Below are positions 34,903-49,099 of a DNA stretch of 64,000 bases, piece by piece; position 1 is the stretch's first letter; each line of letters opens with the position of its first letter. A program made the translations under genes and the position numbers. The notes under the pieces were generated by a model. It was not told the DNA's origin and searched no databases. It saw only the letters and a list, made by a program, of their open reading frames with translations. This DNA comes from the human T2T-CHM13v2.0 reference genome, Homo sapiens: the NCBI RefSeq assembly GCF_009914755.1, contig NC_060929.1; one strand, given 5' to 3'.

Positions 34903-36083
34903 AACAAAATATTAGTAAATTGAATGTAAAATTGAATAAACAGAATAATGTGGTTATGTGAGATTTGTCTCAGGAATACAAGTCAAGTTCAATTCAAAAA
35001 TCAAAAATGCAGTCCACCATATAAATAAAGAATAAAAAAGCAGCATGATATCAATTTATGTAGAAAAAGCATTTGACAAAATTTAATATCCATTCATGGT
35101 AAATGATGAGAATAGAAGGAAATTATCAAACTGACAAAGGGCATCTTGAGAAAAAACTACAACTAACATTATATTTAATGGCAAAACACTCAATGTTTTC
35201 CTACTAATATTGGGAACAAGGAAAAGTTCTACTCTTGACACTCCTATTAAATTTGAGAAGTATTAGTCAATGCAATCAAGCAAGAAAATGAAATTCAAAA
35301 ACTTATTGTTTGGAAACAGAGAACTAAAACTAGTTCTATTCAGACAGCATAATTTTGTATGTAGAAAATTTCAAATAATCTAAAAAAATATACAAAAAAT
35401 AAAATTTTCCGAACTAATAAGTTTAATAAGGTGGCAGAATACAAATTTCACAATCAAATAATCATATTTTTATGTATTAACAATGTCAAATTGGAAACTG
35501 AAATTAAAAATCAACATTATTTATTATATTCCAAAATATGAAATTATTAGGTTATAAAAATGAAAAAAACATGTAAATAATCTTTATCCTAAAAACTATG
35601 AAACACCAACGAAGTAAATCATAGAAGACCTAATTAAATAAAGAAATACACTGCTTACATGGCTTAAAACATTCAACATAACAACATTTTAATACTTTCA
35701 ACACTGATCTATAGATTTATTGTAATTTCTATCAAAATCTCAGAAGGATTTTTTGTAGACATAGACAGCTGATTTCACTGTTTATATGTAAAGGCAAAAG
35801 GTTATAATAACTAAACAATCTCAAAAACAAAAAAATACAGTTTAAGAAATTGCCCTACCGAATATTCAGCTATGCTATAAAGCTATTATGATCAAGAGAA
35901 TGTGGGATTGACAAAGGGATAGATACATACATAAGTAGAACAAAATCAGAATTCCAGACAGAACCAAAGCAGGTACACACAAATATGATCATTAACTTTT
36001 TTAAAGTGAAAAAACAACTTGATAGAGAAATGATAGTTTTTTTGATAAATGGTGCTGAGAAAATTTGACATCCAAATGCAATA

Positions 36084-36120
36084 TACACACACACATACAC
36101 ACACACATACACACACACAT
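36084..36120. repeat. (CA)n microsatellite with regular TA interruptions
   Basis: (TACACACACACA)x3. Confidence 0.85.
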
Positions 36121-36189
36121 CTATCTATATAGTAATGACCTTCATCTAAACATCACAACATATGCAAAAATGACTGAGCATGGGTCAGA

Positions 36190-36410
36190 GTATGGTTTGG
36201 CAAGCTACAGTCCATTGGCCAAATCCAGTCTGAAGCATGTTTTTGTATGAGTGCCAGGCTAAAAATACATATTTTTTCATTTTTAAAATATTTTTAATTT
36301 TTTTAAAAAAGGATGAGAAAAACTAAAATATTCAGTAAAGACTATGTTGTTCCCCAAATCTAAAATATTAGCCATCTTTCCCTTTATAGAAAAAGTATGC
36401 TGACTTATGT
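36190..36410. mobile_element. MER58-like hAT-Charlie DNA transposon relic
   Basis: TTGGCAAGCTACAG..GGCCAAATCCAG..CCCTTTATAGAAAAAGTATGCTGAC; degenerate terminal inverted repeats. Confidence 0.75.
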
Positions 36411-36584
36411 ATTATAGGTGTACGTATAAAACAAAAAAACTATCAAGCACTTAGAAGAAAACATAGGAGAAAATATGTATAACCCGGTTTACACAGAGAA
36501 TTCTTAGACATAATACTGAAAGTTCTCTCTATTAGAAAAATACATACATTGACCTCCATCAAAATTTTAAAAATAAACAAAATA

Positions 36585-38590
36585 TAAAGATGACAAATAA
36601 GTAAATTAAAAATGCTTCACGTCATTTGTAATTAGGTTAATGCAACAATGAGATATGACAGAACCTACTCAAATGGCTAAAATTAAAAAAAAAAAAAATC
36701 TGACCCCACCAAATGCTGGCAAGGATCTAGAGCAATAGGAACTCATTGTTGGTGGAAACAGAAAATTGTAGACACTTTTCAAGAAAGTTTGGCCATTTCT
36801 TACAGGAATAAACACAGCCTCACAAATAGTCTAGCAGTTGTACTCTTAGGCATTTACTCATTTAATACATAATCTTGGGTTAATACAAAAAAGCGTATAA
36901 ATTTATAGCAGCTTTACTCATAATTTCCCAAAACTTGAATCAACCAAGATGTCCTTTAATAGCTTCAGGGACAAAGAAAGTATGTTACATCCAATGTTAT
37001 CCAACGGTAAAAAAGTATGAGTTATCAAACCACACAAAGACATAAATGATTCTTAAACACATATTGCTAAGTTAATCTGAAATGCCATAACACTAGATCT
37101 TGACATGGCATCCTGGAAAAGGCAAAACTATAGAGACATTATGAAGAACAGTGGTTTTCAGGTGCTTAGAAGTAAAGTAGATGGGATTTTTTTTTTTTAG
37201 GGCAATGAAACTAATTTGTATGACAGTATAATGAACAATACATAACACTACATTTTTCAACACCCATGGAACTTTGCAAGACAGAAAATGAACCTTAATA
37301 TATGCAAATTAAAAACAAAAATGTATTTAGGTTGTCGGGGGAGCCAGGATGTAATGCAGAATGTGATAAAAAGATCTAACTACATTACAAATGGATTAGA
37401 CAACTTCACTGAAGAAGGTGGGAGAAAAAGATGATGACTTAAGTAACTTTGGAAATGAATAGAGTTTGCGAAACTAAAGACAAAAGAAATGCCATAAAAA
37501 TATCTTCTAGATGACAAAGTTGTGCCTTTTGGAGTTGCATTTTAACACATCGAAACCACTACACACATACACGGGAACTGCACAATTGGGTAAATACATG
37601 GTAAGTGCTGGGAACCAGGTTTTCTCCTTTTGGAGTGGGAGATGGACAAGTGAGAAGGTTACAGTGATCCATGTTGTAATGGATTAGAGTTGAAAACATC
37701 AGGATGAATCCATTTAGGTTAATATAAATACACATGGTAACTCATAGAACTATTAATGGATAACTATTAATGGATATGCGTATATACACAGTTTTGCATA
37801 TGCACATGTAATTCACATATAGTTATGAGTCCACACTGATATAAATGTATACATGTATGAATAAATAATAAATAACTAGGAATAGGCAAATATTCCATGC
37901 AAAAGAACTCCAAACAACTTGTGTAGATATTTTGCCTTCAAGGAGGTGAAACGAAACTATCCACTCCTTAAGAGCAACTGCACATAGTGACGTTTCCCCC
38001 AAAAGAAATCAGGATGAGAAAGGGGAAAAAGATTAACTTTAATGAGCAAAACAAGACAAACACTACCTTAGCCAGATGATTTAGGTTAACACAAACAGTG
38101 ACAAATCATGTTGATAGCATGTACCCTTGAAGTGATGAGAGTGGCACCTTACCTCTGTACTCTTGCTCCCCAAAACCAATAATCCCAGTCTCACAGTTAG
38201 AAAAACATCAGACAAATCTCAATTGGAGGACATTCTACAAAATTCCTGGCCAGTTCTTCTCAAAAAGTCAAAATCATCAAAAATAGTAAAAGTTTGAGAA
38301 ACTGTCAAAGCCAAGAGGAGCCTAAGGAGACATGACAACCAAATGTGATATGGTTTCTTTGATGGGATACAGGAAGAGAAAAAGGGTATTAGGCAATAGA
38401 CAATGAAATGTGAATACCATATGGGCTTTAGTTAGTGTAGCAATATTTGTTCATTAACTTTGATAAGTGTACCATATTAACATAAGATGTTAATAATAAG
38501 AGAAACTGTGTGTTGAATATATGGCAACTCTCTGGACTATCTTTACATTTTTAAAAATAAATCTAAAACTATTCCAAACTAAAAAGTTTG
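36585..38590 (+). mobile_element. 5'-truncated L1MD/L1MC-like 3' end nested in older L1
   Basis: Long 3'UTR with CATGTTGATAGCATGTACCC and CCAAGAGGAGCCTAAGGAGACATGACAAC; ends AAATCTAAAACTATTC. Confidence 0.82.
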
Positions 38591-40559
38591 TTATGAATGC
38601 TCAAAAGTTTTGCCCCATCAAAGATGGGGCTAAGAAAATAACAAGCCAAGTTACAGAGTTAGGAAAAATATTTGTAAACCACATATCCAGCAGAAGATTT
38701 GTATTTAAAATTATTAAAGAACTTCAAAATTTCAACAGTAAGAACACAAACAACCCAATTTAAAAAGGGCAAAAACTTTAACAGCTATTTTATCAAATAA
38801 GATATATGGAAGTCAAATGAGCACATAAAAAGATGTTCAACCTCATTAACCATCAGTGAAATACAAAACAAAGCTGCAATAACATACCACTACATTCATA
38901 TTAGAATGGCTAAAATTAAAAATGCTTACAATACAAAAGTTTTGAGAGGTTGCAAAGCCATAGGAAGTCTCATACTTGACAGGCAGAAATGTAACGTAGT
39001 ATAGTCACTCTGAAAAACCATTTGGAAGTTTCTTATACAGTTAAATATACACTGACCATAGGACCCAGTGATCCTACTACTGGACATTTACACTGGGAGG
39101 GGAGGTGGGAGATGGGATAAAACATGTTCACACAAATGCTTTTACATAAATGTTTATAGTAGCTTTATAAATAACCACTAGAACCTGGAAACAAACATGC
39201 TGTCCTTCAATAAGTGAGTGAATAAATAAATTGCGGTACAACCATACCATGCAATACTACTGTGAAGTAAAAATACAATAACCACTGATATGTGGAATAA
39301 TACAGATGAACTACACAGGCATTATTCTGAGTAAAATAAACCAGCCTCAAGTGCTTATATATTGTATGATTCCATTTAGGTGGCATTCTCAAATAGACAA
39401 AACTCTACCAGTGAAGACAATAAGTGAAGACAATAATGGTTGCTAGTAGTTAGAAACTTTGGGGATTGTGATTATATAGTGATAGTAGGTAAGTTTTTTG
39501 GACTGGCAAAATTATTGAGTATCATAATTACGATGATTATTTGCAAATCTATATCTGTGTTTAAAATCATAAAACTGTATACCAAACTAAAATCAATAAA
39601 AACATCCATTAACACAGTTGAACATTGAATAAGTAATTACAAGTGTGTTACATATTACAAAAGGAGTAGAGAGAGATTTGAAAACCTGTAGCAAAGACAC
39701 CTGGCTTAGCATGGAGGCTTGGAAAAGAGTCTGAAAAGTGCACTTAGAAGTAATAATTGTAGAATGAGTGAAACTGTGCAAAAAAGAAGAAAAACTATGT
39801 TGACAGGCAAATGGAAATTAGGAGAGAACGTAGAGATTTAGAAAAATTCAGATTAAACCAGCATATCTGTAACATAAAGTGGAAGTTACAGAGGGAGTTG
39901 ACAGGGCTGGAAGAAAGGGGAGGCAACCAAATCTTCCAAGATACTAACAACCATGGAAAAGCATGTGAAACTATTGGTGGGTAAATTTATTTTCTTAAAG
40001 GTTAACAAACTTGGACTACAATATATCTTACTGCATGAAGACGTTGCTTAAAGCAAAAATACCCATTGGGCTTAATTTATAAGGCAGTGAAGTGCTGCCA
40101 AGCAGTTTTATACCAGTTTATATGAGAGGAAATAGATATATTTTTATTACCAAACACTGTTACAGTGGTAACCATGCTCAGACCTAAAAATTAATCACCA
40201 ATATCACATATGCCATACATAATTATGCTTATAAATATGAAAGCATGAATACATAAAATGTACAAATAAAAATGCATAAATAAGGCAAAATTTAGGAAAC
40301 CATGAAATCCTATGGCAGTAAGGAAGCTAAATGGTCATGTCTTCCAAACTGGAATACTGTTTCTCAGGAAGGATGGGGAGCTGCATGAGATAATTTAGGA
40401 GGTACACAGATAGATATTTAAAATTTTAATAGCTATCAATTTATTTTAATATGCAATAGAAAAATAAGCTATTAGTAGCATATCAGTGCCTGAATTTCAT
40501 AGATATGATCTCTTAGGTTAAAGCTAAATTTTTTGAAAAAGTAAATAAAATTGAAGTTT

Positions 40560-40892
<333 letters not shown>

Positions 40893-43800
40893 TAATAAAA
40901 GCAGAAATTGCATGCCAATATGTGAAAAGTTGAGATGATTTTAGACAAAGAGGTTTAAAAACCTCTCCTTATAAAATATCTCAAGTGTTTGTAGAGTCTC
41001 TGATAGAACACATACATGAAACAGAAAAAAAGATTAGTTCCAAAATGCTCTTTTCATCATGAATTTTCTCTAGTTAGTTAGGAAACCTGCTTTATGCTAA
41101 CCCAAATTGACCTATCTGCACTTTTCAGTTATTGGTCATATATAGCCCTTCAAACAATGTAAAATGACCTGAATTATTTTTCTGTGGCCTATAGAAGTGT
41201 GAGCATAAACTGGCTATAATATATTTACTTATACTGGTAAAGACCATAGGTGGGGTGTTAATATCAATACATTTACATATCTCATAGCAGAATAAATGTC
41301 AATTTAGACTCAATGTAGAAAGCTCTCTTCTCATTAAAAGGAATCAGGAATAAGTAACATACCTACCATTGCCTCCCATCTCTATCTTCTCCAAACCCAT
41401 GGCACTGGGAGGAAAATGGAGGTCCAGGAGACAAAGGTTACTCAGAGAATCAGTAAAAGATACAAAGTCACAGAAAGAAAGAAGATATTTCCTCACCCAA
41501 CCATTAATAATACAGCTGCTCTCTAGGTTTCATTCCTTAATGTGAATCTAGTTACTCAAAATAATCATTTTTTTTCTTATTTAGTAAAACAAGCCCCTCT
41601 TTCCCCTGAAAAATATTTTTTTATAGATGTATATGTTTTCTAGGGAGATGTCAAGCTCATATTATGGCTCATATTCTGGTGGTTAGAATCACCAGAGAAG
41701 TAATACTCCTTAGAAAATGGCTCATTATCCAGGATTTTTTTTTCTGTCCATATGTGCAGCAAACTGCACTTCCAGATATCACTCAGTCACCCAAACCAGA
41801 TTTCTAAAAGACATACTTCTTCCTTTTTGTCAACAATGACAAATGTCTCACATTTTGATCTTGTGAATCTCTTGTCGCAGTTCAGTCTACAATTGCCTAT
41901 TTTTTAAGCTATTAAAGTTGGATTTCTTGTCTTTAGTTTTCTGGCTTATTAATAAATGTGGTAACAGAAAATGAAAACCTAGCTTTAAAAACTCACCAAG
42001 CCTCCTACATCTTTGGCTGCTTAGGAAAAAAAATTCCCTACCCATTTCTGTTACCTCTTTTTCTCACCCCATCTTCTCTGTGAGATTCTGAAAGGGTTAG
42101 AAGTGTCAGCTAGAGAAGGGCTGTGCGGGGCACAGCGAAGGCAGAAGATGCTGATGACACTCCTCATCTCCCTATTGCATGTTTCTAGCCTTAAGGAAGC
42201 CAGAGAGAGATGGTGAGGGAGGGGAAAAAAAAAAACCTTTAAATAATATTTTGAGATTTCACTCATATTAGATGAGGCATTCTAATTACTGAAATTAGAT
42301 TATTTTTGTGGCAAATATTGACAAGCTGAATAAATATTATATAGAAGCTAAAATAAACATGTTTACCCTCTGAGCTTTTCATTAAAAAGGGATAATAAAT
42401 CCTCAAATTACAAAATAGTGAAACTATAGGCTATACTAAATTTTCCCCATTTTACATGTCCACCATCCTGAATATCTTATTCTGGTAATAAAGATTTACA
42501 TTTATCACCATGGTTACTAATTATTAAATGAATTCTGCCAATGACCAGTCAATTGGGACAATAAAACTGCATATTCACTGTGGCCAGAAATCTGGTTTCA
42601 CATTCAACTGGTTTGATGAGAATTCAGATATGCATTACCTGAACAAGACGAAGCCAACAATATGTCAAATATTGCAGAACAAATATTTAGTTTTATCCAC
42701 TAGATTAGTTCACCTTGTGATAAGCAGAGATGTAGGTTAAGGATCCTGCTTTTTTTAATTGTTAAAAAGAAGTAATTGATGCGGTTGAATAATATTTGTT
42801 TTTATTTATATCAAGATTTCCACCGGTTCGGCTCACAATTTAGAAAAATAACCTCTCATCATTTTTCATGTCTATGCATCATAATTTTTAATTTCAAATG
42901 TAAAGAAGCATGAACGTTTACTTACAAAAAGTGTTTCATCCACACGTTAAGTCAAATTTAAACACTTACAATGGACACATTTTATGAAATGGAAAAGAAA
43001 AAATAAGCTAGCCAATGTCTGACTATTCCCTCCATGATTTACGAAGTTTGCCTTGGAGAGGAGTTAAGAGGCTTTGTCATTGAATATTCCCGTGGCCTTG
43101 AAAAGCCATATTCCTAAGTTTCAGCTTCGCCTGTTGTAGTGAACTTCAACTAGATGAGCTTTATGTTACAATTAAAAATGTATATAATTCTGTTTTCTAA
43201 CTTGGGAACAATTCTTTGTGCTTCCGATTTCAAGAAATTGTGGCTGTGTGTGTATTCAGTTTAACTTCTTACTCTTTCAAACTATGCTGCTGGGAACAAG
43301 AAGTTACAAAGCCATGCCACTGAACAAAACCATAACCTGTATGAAGACACTTAGCATGTTTGGGATGCGCTGTACAGGAAACATGATTCTTTATCATCTC
43401 ACTTTAGCCTAATGACACTGCCTCTTTATGCATCAACATAGCATTAATCACAGTGTGGAATACAGATTCTAAGGAAAGTCAGTTAGTCCTCTCCTGTGAA
43501 TTCACATAAAAGATGTTCCTCTCATCCAAGTAATTCCAAAGGTGACAAATATTACAGATGCTGAATTTATGGGAGTGCTTGCTCCCTGTTTATTAACTCA
43601 TCCATCTTATGAGAAATAAAAGGGCCAAACAGTGAGACAAGTGGGCTTTTCTTATCCTGTCAGCTAAATGATGTTTTAGAGTAATCAATATCTATAATTA
43701 CTAAATCCTGCCAGGGCAATTTAACCCTTCACTGTCTCATTGTTGCCTACCCACTTCCTAACATGACAGCAAGAGTAAACTAAAAGTTAATTAGGAAGAA

Positions 43801-43907
43801 TTCAGTTTCAATTATGACATTTATTTCTTTCACCAAACTCATGTTCATTTACCTACATCACATCCTGTCTTTCTTACTATATATTTATGTAGCACGTATT
43901 TTTAATC

Positions 43908-45270
43908 TGGTATATATGTGATCAGGCTCCAGCAGGTCCCAAAGGCACAAGTAAGTTGCATGAGGAAGTGGCTCAAATTCCCATGGTCTCCATTCCTGTC
44001 ACCCTGACTTCTTTTCTGCAGCCTGCACTGATGGCCTCATGGGGAGTTTTCTATGATCATTTGACAGAAGGAAGAGAAGACTAGGGCTGAGTTCACAGAT
44101 GGTTTTGAATGATATGTAGGTGTCACCTGGAAGTAGACAGCTGCAGCACTGCAGCCCCTTTCTGGGCTATACCTGAAGGACAACAGTGACTGGAAATCTT
44201 CCCAGTGGGCAGAACTTCAAGCAGTGCACCTGATTGTGCATTTTGCAGCTAGCCAGATGTGTGATTATATTGATTATATACTGACTCATGGGCTGTAGCC
44301 AGTGGTTTGGCTGGATGGTCAGGGACTTGCAAGAAGTATGATTGGAAAATTGATGACAAAGAAATTTCTGGAAGAGGTATCTGGATAGACCTCTGTGACT
44401 GGTCAAAAACTATGAAGATATTTGTATCTCATGTGAGTGTTCACCAACGAGTGACCTCAGCAGCAGAGGATGTTAACAATCAAGTGAATGGGATGACCTG
44501 TTTTGTGGACACCACTCAGCATCTTTCCCTAGCCACCCCGTCATTGCCCAATGGGCCCATGAACAAAGTGGCCATGGTGGCAGGGATGAATGTTACACAC
44601 AGGCTCAGCTACATGGACTTTCACTAACCAAGGCTGACCTGGCTACGGCCACTAATTTGCCAGCAGCAAGGCCCAACACTGAGCCCTCAATATGGCCCCG
44701 TTCCTTGGGGGTGATCAGCCAGCTACCTGGTGGCTGATTAATTTTATCGGACCTCTTCCACATTGAAGGGGCACAAGTTTGTCCTCACTGGAACAGACAA
44801 TTACTTTGGATAAGGGTTTGCCTATCCTGCATGCAACGCTTCTGCAAGACTACCATTCATGGACTCACAGAATGCCTTATCCACTGTCATGGTATTCCAC
44901 ATAGCACTGACTCTGACCAAAGGACTCGCTTTATGGCAAAAGAAGTGTGGCAGTGGGCTCATGCTCATGGAATTCCCTGGTCTTACCATGTTCCCTTCCC
45001 CAGCATCCTGAAACAGCACTATTGGTAGAATGTGGAATAGCCTTTTGAAGTCACAATTAAAATGCCAACTAGGTGACAATACTTTGCAAGGCTGGGGCAA
45101 AGTTCTCCAGAAGGCCATGTATGCTCTGAATCAGTGTCCAATATATGGTACTGTTTCTCCCATAGCCAGGATTAATGGGTCCAGGAATCAAGGGGTGGAA
45201 GTGGAAGTGGCACCACTCACCATCTCCCCTAGCAATCCACTAGCAAAATTTTTGCTTCCACTTCTTGTGA
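43908..45270 (+). pseudogene. pol: HERV-L pol remnant (RNase H + integrase) with stops and frameshifts
   Basis: RNase H motifs (FTDG, AEL.A, TDS), zinc-finger H..H, decayed (D>N)FIGPLP and SDQ integrase motifs split across frames. Confidence 0.88.
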
Positions 45271-45620
45271 CATTACATTCTGCTGGCCTAGAGATCTCAG
45301 TGCCAGAGAGAGGAACGCTGCCACCAGGAGACACAACAATGATTTTATTAAACTGGAAATTACAATTGCCAACTGGACACTTTGGGCTCCTCCTACCTTT
45401 GAGTCAACAGGCTAAGAAGTGAGTTACAGTGTTGGCTAGGGTGATTGACCCAGACTATCAATATGAAATCAGTCTACTATTGCACAATGGAGGTAAGGAA
45501 GAGTATGCATGGAATACAGAAGATCCGTTGTGATGTCTTTTAGCACTACCATGCCCTGTGATTATGGTCAATGGGAAACTACAACAGCCCAATCCAGGCA
45601 GGAGTACAAATGGCTCAGAC
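45271..45620 (+). pseudogene. HERV-L dUTPase remnant
   Basis: SAGLEI..LP.GHFGLL..VIDPDYQ.EI.LLLHN in one frame; in-frame TGA at 45420-45422 and a second further on. Confidence 0.85.
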
Positions 45621-46059
45621 CCTTCAGGAATGAAGGCTTGGTTCACTCCACCAGGAAAAAAGAAAAAAACCACAATCTGCTGAGGTGCTTGCTGAAGGCA
45701 AAGGGAATACAGAATGGGTAGCAGAATAAGGTTGTCATCAATAACAGCTATGAGAACATGACCAGTTGCAGATAGGGGACTGTAATTGTCATGAATATTT
45801 CATCCTCCTTTTGTTAAAAACATGTTTGTGTATGTATACATTTGTACTAAGAAAATACCTTCATTTTATTTCCTTTTTCCTTTGTCATGTGATAAAAGAT
45901 TTATTGACTTCATATCAGCATTTGAGTGTTGTTAACTTTATGTAATAGCATTTTTGTTGGAGATCGGTGCATTTCCAGTTTTACAAATGATAGTTGCATT
46001 ATGTTAGGCACAACTGTGACCTTATTATAGTCTTTATTTGAAGATTATGTATGATCTCA

Positions 46060-46502
46060 GGTTAATACTGAGTGTCAACTTGATTGGATTGAAAGATGCA
46101 AAGTATTGATTCTGGGTGTGCCTGTGAGGATGCTGCCAAAGGAGACTAACATTTGAGTCAGTGGGCTGGAAAAGGCAGACCCACCCTTAATCTGGGTGGG
46201 CACTATCTATTCAGCTGCCAGTGTGGCCAGGATATAAAGCAGGCAGAAATAATGTGAAAAGGCTAGACTGGCTTAGCCTCCCCCTCCTAGCCTACATCTT
46301 TCTCCCATGCTGGATACTTCCTCCCCTCCAACATCGGACTTCAAGTTCTTCAGCTTTGGGAACCGGACTGGCTTCCTTGATCCTCAGCTTGCAGGCCTAT
46401 TGTGGGACCTTGTGATTGTGTGAGTTTAATGTTTTTTAATAAACACCCTTTTATATACACATCTATCCTATTAGTTCCATCCCTCTAAAGAACCCTAATA
46501 CA
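46060..46502 (+). mobile_element. MLT2A 3' LTR of HERV-L (first bases missing)
   Basis: GGTTAATACTGAGTGTCAACTTGATTGGATTGAA; TATAAA; AATAAA at ~46438; ends AACCCTAATACA. Confidence 0.93.
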
Positions 46503-48731
46503 CTTGGTTAAATTGGTTTCTAGGTATTTTATATTTTTGAAGTTATTATAAATGAGCTCACTTTCTTTTTCAAATTGTTTGCTGTTGGCCTATAGAAATG
46601 CCATTTATTTTTGTATGTTGATTTTGTATTGTGCAACTTTGCTGAATTTATTTATCAGTTCTAAGAGCTTTTTGGTAAAATTTTTAAGTTTTTCTAAGTG
46701 TAAAATCATGTCATCTGCAAACAAGGCTAATTTGACATTTTTCTTTATTGTTTGGATGCTCTATATTTCTTTCTCTTCCCTAATTGTTCTGGCCAGGACT
46801 TCTAGTGCTATACTGAATAAAAGTGGTGAAAGTGGGCATCTTTGTCTTTTTCCAGATCTTAGTGGAAAGGTCTTCAAATTTTCACCACTCAGTATGATGT
46901 CAGCTGTGGGTTTGTTATATCTGGCCTTATTTTGAGGCATGTTTCTTCCATACCCAGTTTGATGGGGGTCTTTATCATAAACGTGATGATGAATTCTATC
47001 AAATTCATTTTGGCATCTTTGAAATAATTATATGGTTTTTGTTCTTGCTTCTTTTAATATAACGTATTACATTTATTGATTTGCATATGCCAAACCATCC
47101 TTGTATCCCTTGGGTGAGTCCCACTTGATCACAGTTAATGATCTTTTTAATGTGTTGTTGAATTCGGTTTGTTAGTATTTTTCTGAGTATTTTTACATTG
47201 TTTATCAGTGATACTGGTCTGTAGTTTTCTTTTTTTTGTTTTTGTTTTTGTTTTTGTTTTGTTTCTGTCTGGTTTTGCTATCAAGGTAATAGTGCTTCAT
47301 AAAATAAGTTTGGAATTGTTTCCTCTTACTCAATTTTTTTGACAAGTTTGAGTAGAATTGTTATTAGTTTTTCTTTAACAGGTAGAATTCCCCAATGAAG
47401 TCATCAGGTCCTGAGCTTTCTTTCATGGAAGTCTTTTTTCATTATTGCATTGACCTCATTACTCATTATTGGTTTCTCGAGATTTTCTATTTCTTCATGC
47501 TTCAATCTTGGTAGGTTGTATGCATTCAGAAATTATTCCATGTCTTCTAGGTTTTCAAATTTGTTGGTGTATAGTTAGTAGTCTCTAATTATTCTTTGTA
47601 ATTCTGTGGTCTCAGTTGTTATGTTTCCTTTTCTGTTTCTAATTTTATTTATTTAGGTTTTCTCTCTTTCTTAGTCTAGCTGAAGATTTGTTGATTTTGT
47701 TAACTTTTCAAAAAAAACTTTTCATTTTGATCTTCTGTATTTTTTCAGTCTTAATTTTGTTTATTTCTGCTTTGATCTTTAATTTGTTCTTTCTTTTCTA
47801 GTTCCTTGAGGTTCATTGTTAGGTTTTATTTTGGTGTTTCTACTTTTTTAATATAGGTATTTACTGCTATAAACTTCCCTCGTAGTACTGATTTTGTCAT
47901 ATTTCATAGATTGTGATATGTCATATTTCTATTTCTATTTATTTCCAATTTTTTTATTTTCTTTTCAATTTCTTCATTGACTCATTGGTCATTCAGGAGC
48001 ATGTTGTTTAATTTCTATATTTTTGTGTAGTTTGTGAGGTTCCTCTTGTTACTGGGTTCTAGTTAATTGATTTATGATCAGAAAATGCATTTTATATGAG
48101 TTCTACATTTTTGGATTTGTTGAGACTTGTTTCGTGGCCTAAGATATGGTGAATTCTGGAGAATGTTCCTTATGCTGATAAAAAGAATATGTATTCTGCA
48201 GCAGTTGTGTGAAACATTCTAAAAATGTCAGTTAGGCCTGTTAGGTCTAGTGTGTAGTTTAACTCAGTGTTTCTTTATTGATTTTCTCTCTGGATGATCT
48301 GTCCACTCCTGAGAGTGGTGTGTTGAAGTCCCCTACTATTATTGTATTACAGTCTATTTCTAGCTTTAGATCTATTAATGCTTATTTTATGTACTTCAGA
48401 GCTCCAGTGCTGAGTGCATAACTATTTATAATTGTAGTATCTTCTTGTCAAATTGACCCTTTTCTCATAATATAGTGAACTTTGTCTTTTTTATAGTCTT
48501 TAATTGTAGTTCATTTTATCTGATGTAAGTATACTTCTTCTCTTTTGTTGTTCCTTCTTTTTTGTTTGTTTTGAAGTTTGCTCATTAGAAGTTGTTTCAG
48601 TGGCATGAAATATCACTTTCTATCCCTTCACTTTCAGTCTATGGGTGTCTTTAGAGATGAAGTGGATTTCTTATAAACAGATTATAGTTAGTTCTTTTTG
48701 TTGTATCAATTCAGCCACTCTATGCCTTTTA
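46503..48731 (-). mobile_element. Older L1 (L1MA/L1M2-like) ORF2 segment (endonuclease to RT)
   Basis: Antisense ATCATGTCATCTGCAAA (FADDM), GGTAGAATTCCCC, GTTGAAGTCCCCTAC (GDFN). Confidence 0.9.
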
Positions 48732-49099
48732 TTTTTTTCTTTCTTTAAATTATACTTTAAGTTCCAGGATACATGTGAAGAATGTGCAGGTTACATAGGT
48801 ATATATGTGCCATGGTGGTTTGCTGCACCCATCAACTCGTCATCTACATTAGGTATTTCTCCTAATGCGATCCCTCCCCTTGCCTCCCAACCCCTGACAG
48901 GCCCCGGTATTTGATGTTCCCCTCTCTGTGCCCATATGTTTTCATTGTTCAACTCCCACTTATGTGTGAGAATATTCAGTGTTTGGTTTACTGTTCCTGT
49001 GTTAATTTGCTGAGAATTATGTTTTCCAGCTTCATCCATGTCCCTGCAAATGACATGAACTCATTCTATTTTTATGGCTGCATAGTATTCCATAGTGTA

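Larger units (their letters stand above)
34080..39600 (+). mobile_element. Old L1 (L1ME-like) ORF2 through 3'UTR, interrupted by Alu, MER58 and an L1MD-like element
   Basis: GTAGAAAAAGCATTTGACAAAATT, CAGACAGCATAATTTTGTATGTAGAAAA (decayed ADD motif), TGTATGATTCCATTTA; homology breaks at ~36575 and resumes at ~38600. Confidence 0.85.
43908..46059 (+). mobile_element. HERV-L internal region, 3' half
   Basis: Decayed pol peptides KIFVSHVSVHQR, AHEQSGHGG, HGIPHSTDSDQ, LQKAMYALNQCP; abuts MLT2A LTR. Confidence 0.95.

Noticed and set aside
37748-39435. Short perfect tandem duplications (14 bp at 37748, 13 bp at 39410)
   Set aside because: Ordinary slippage duplications within L1 relics
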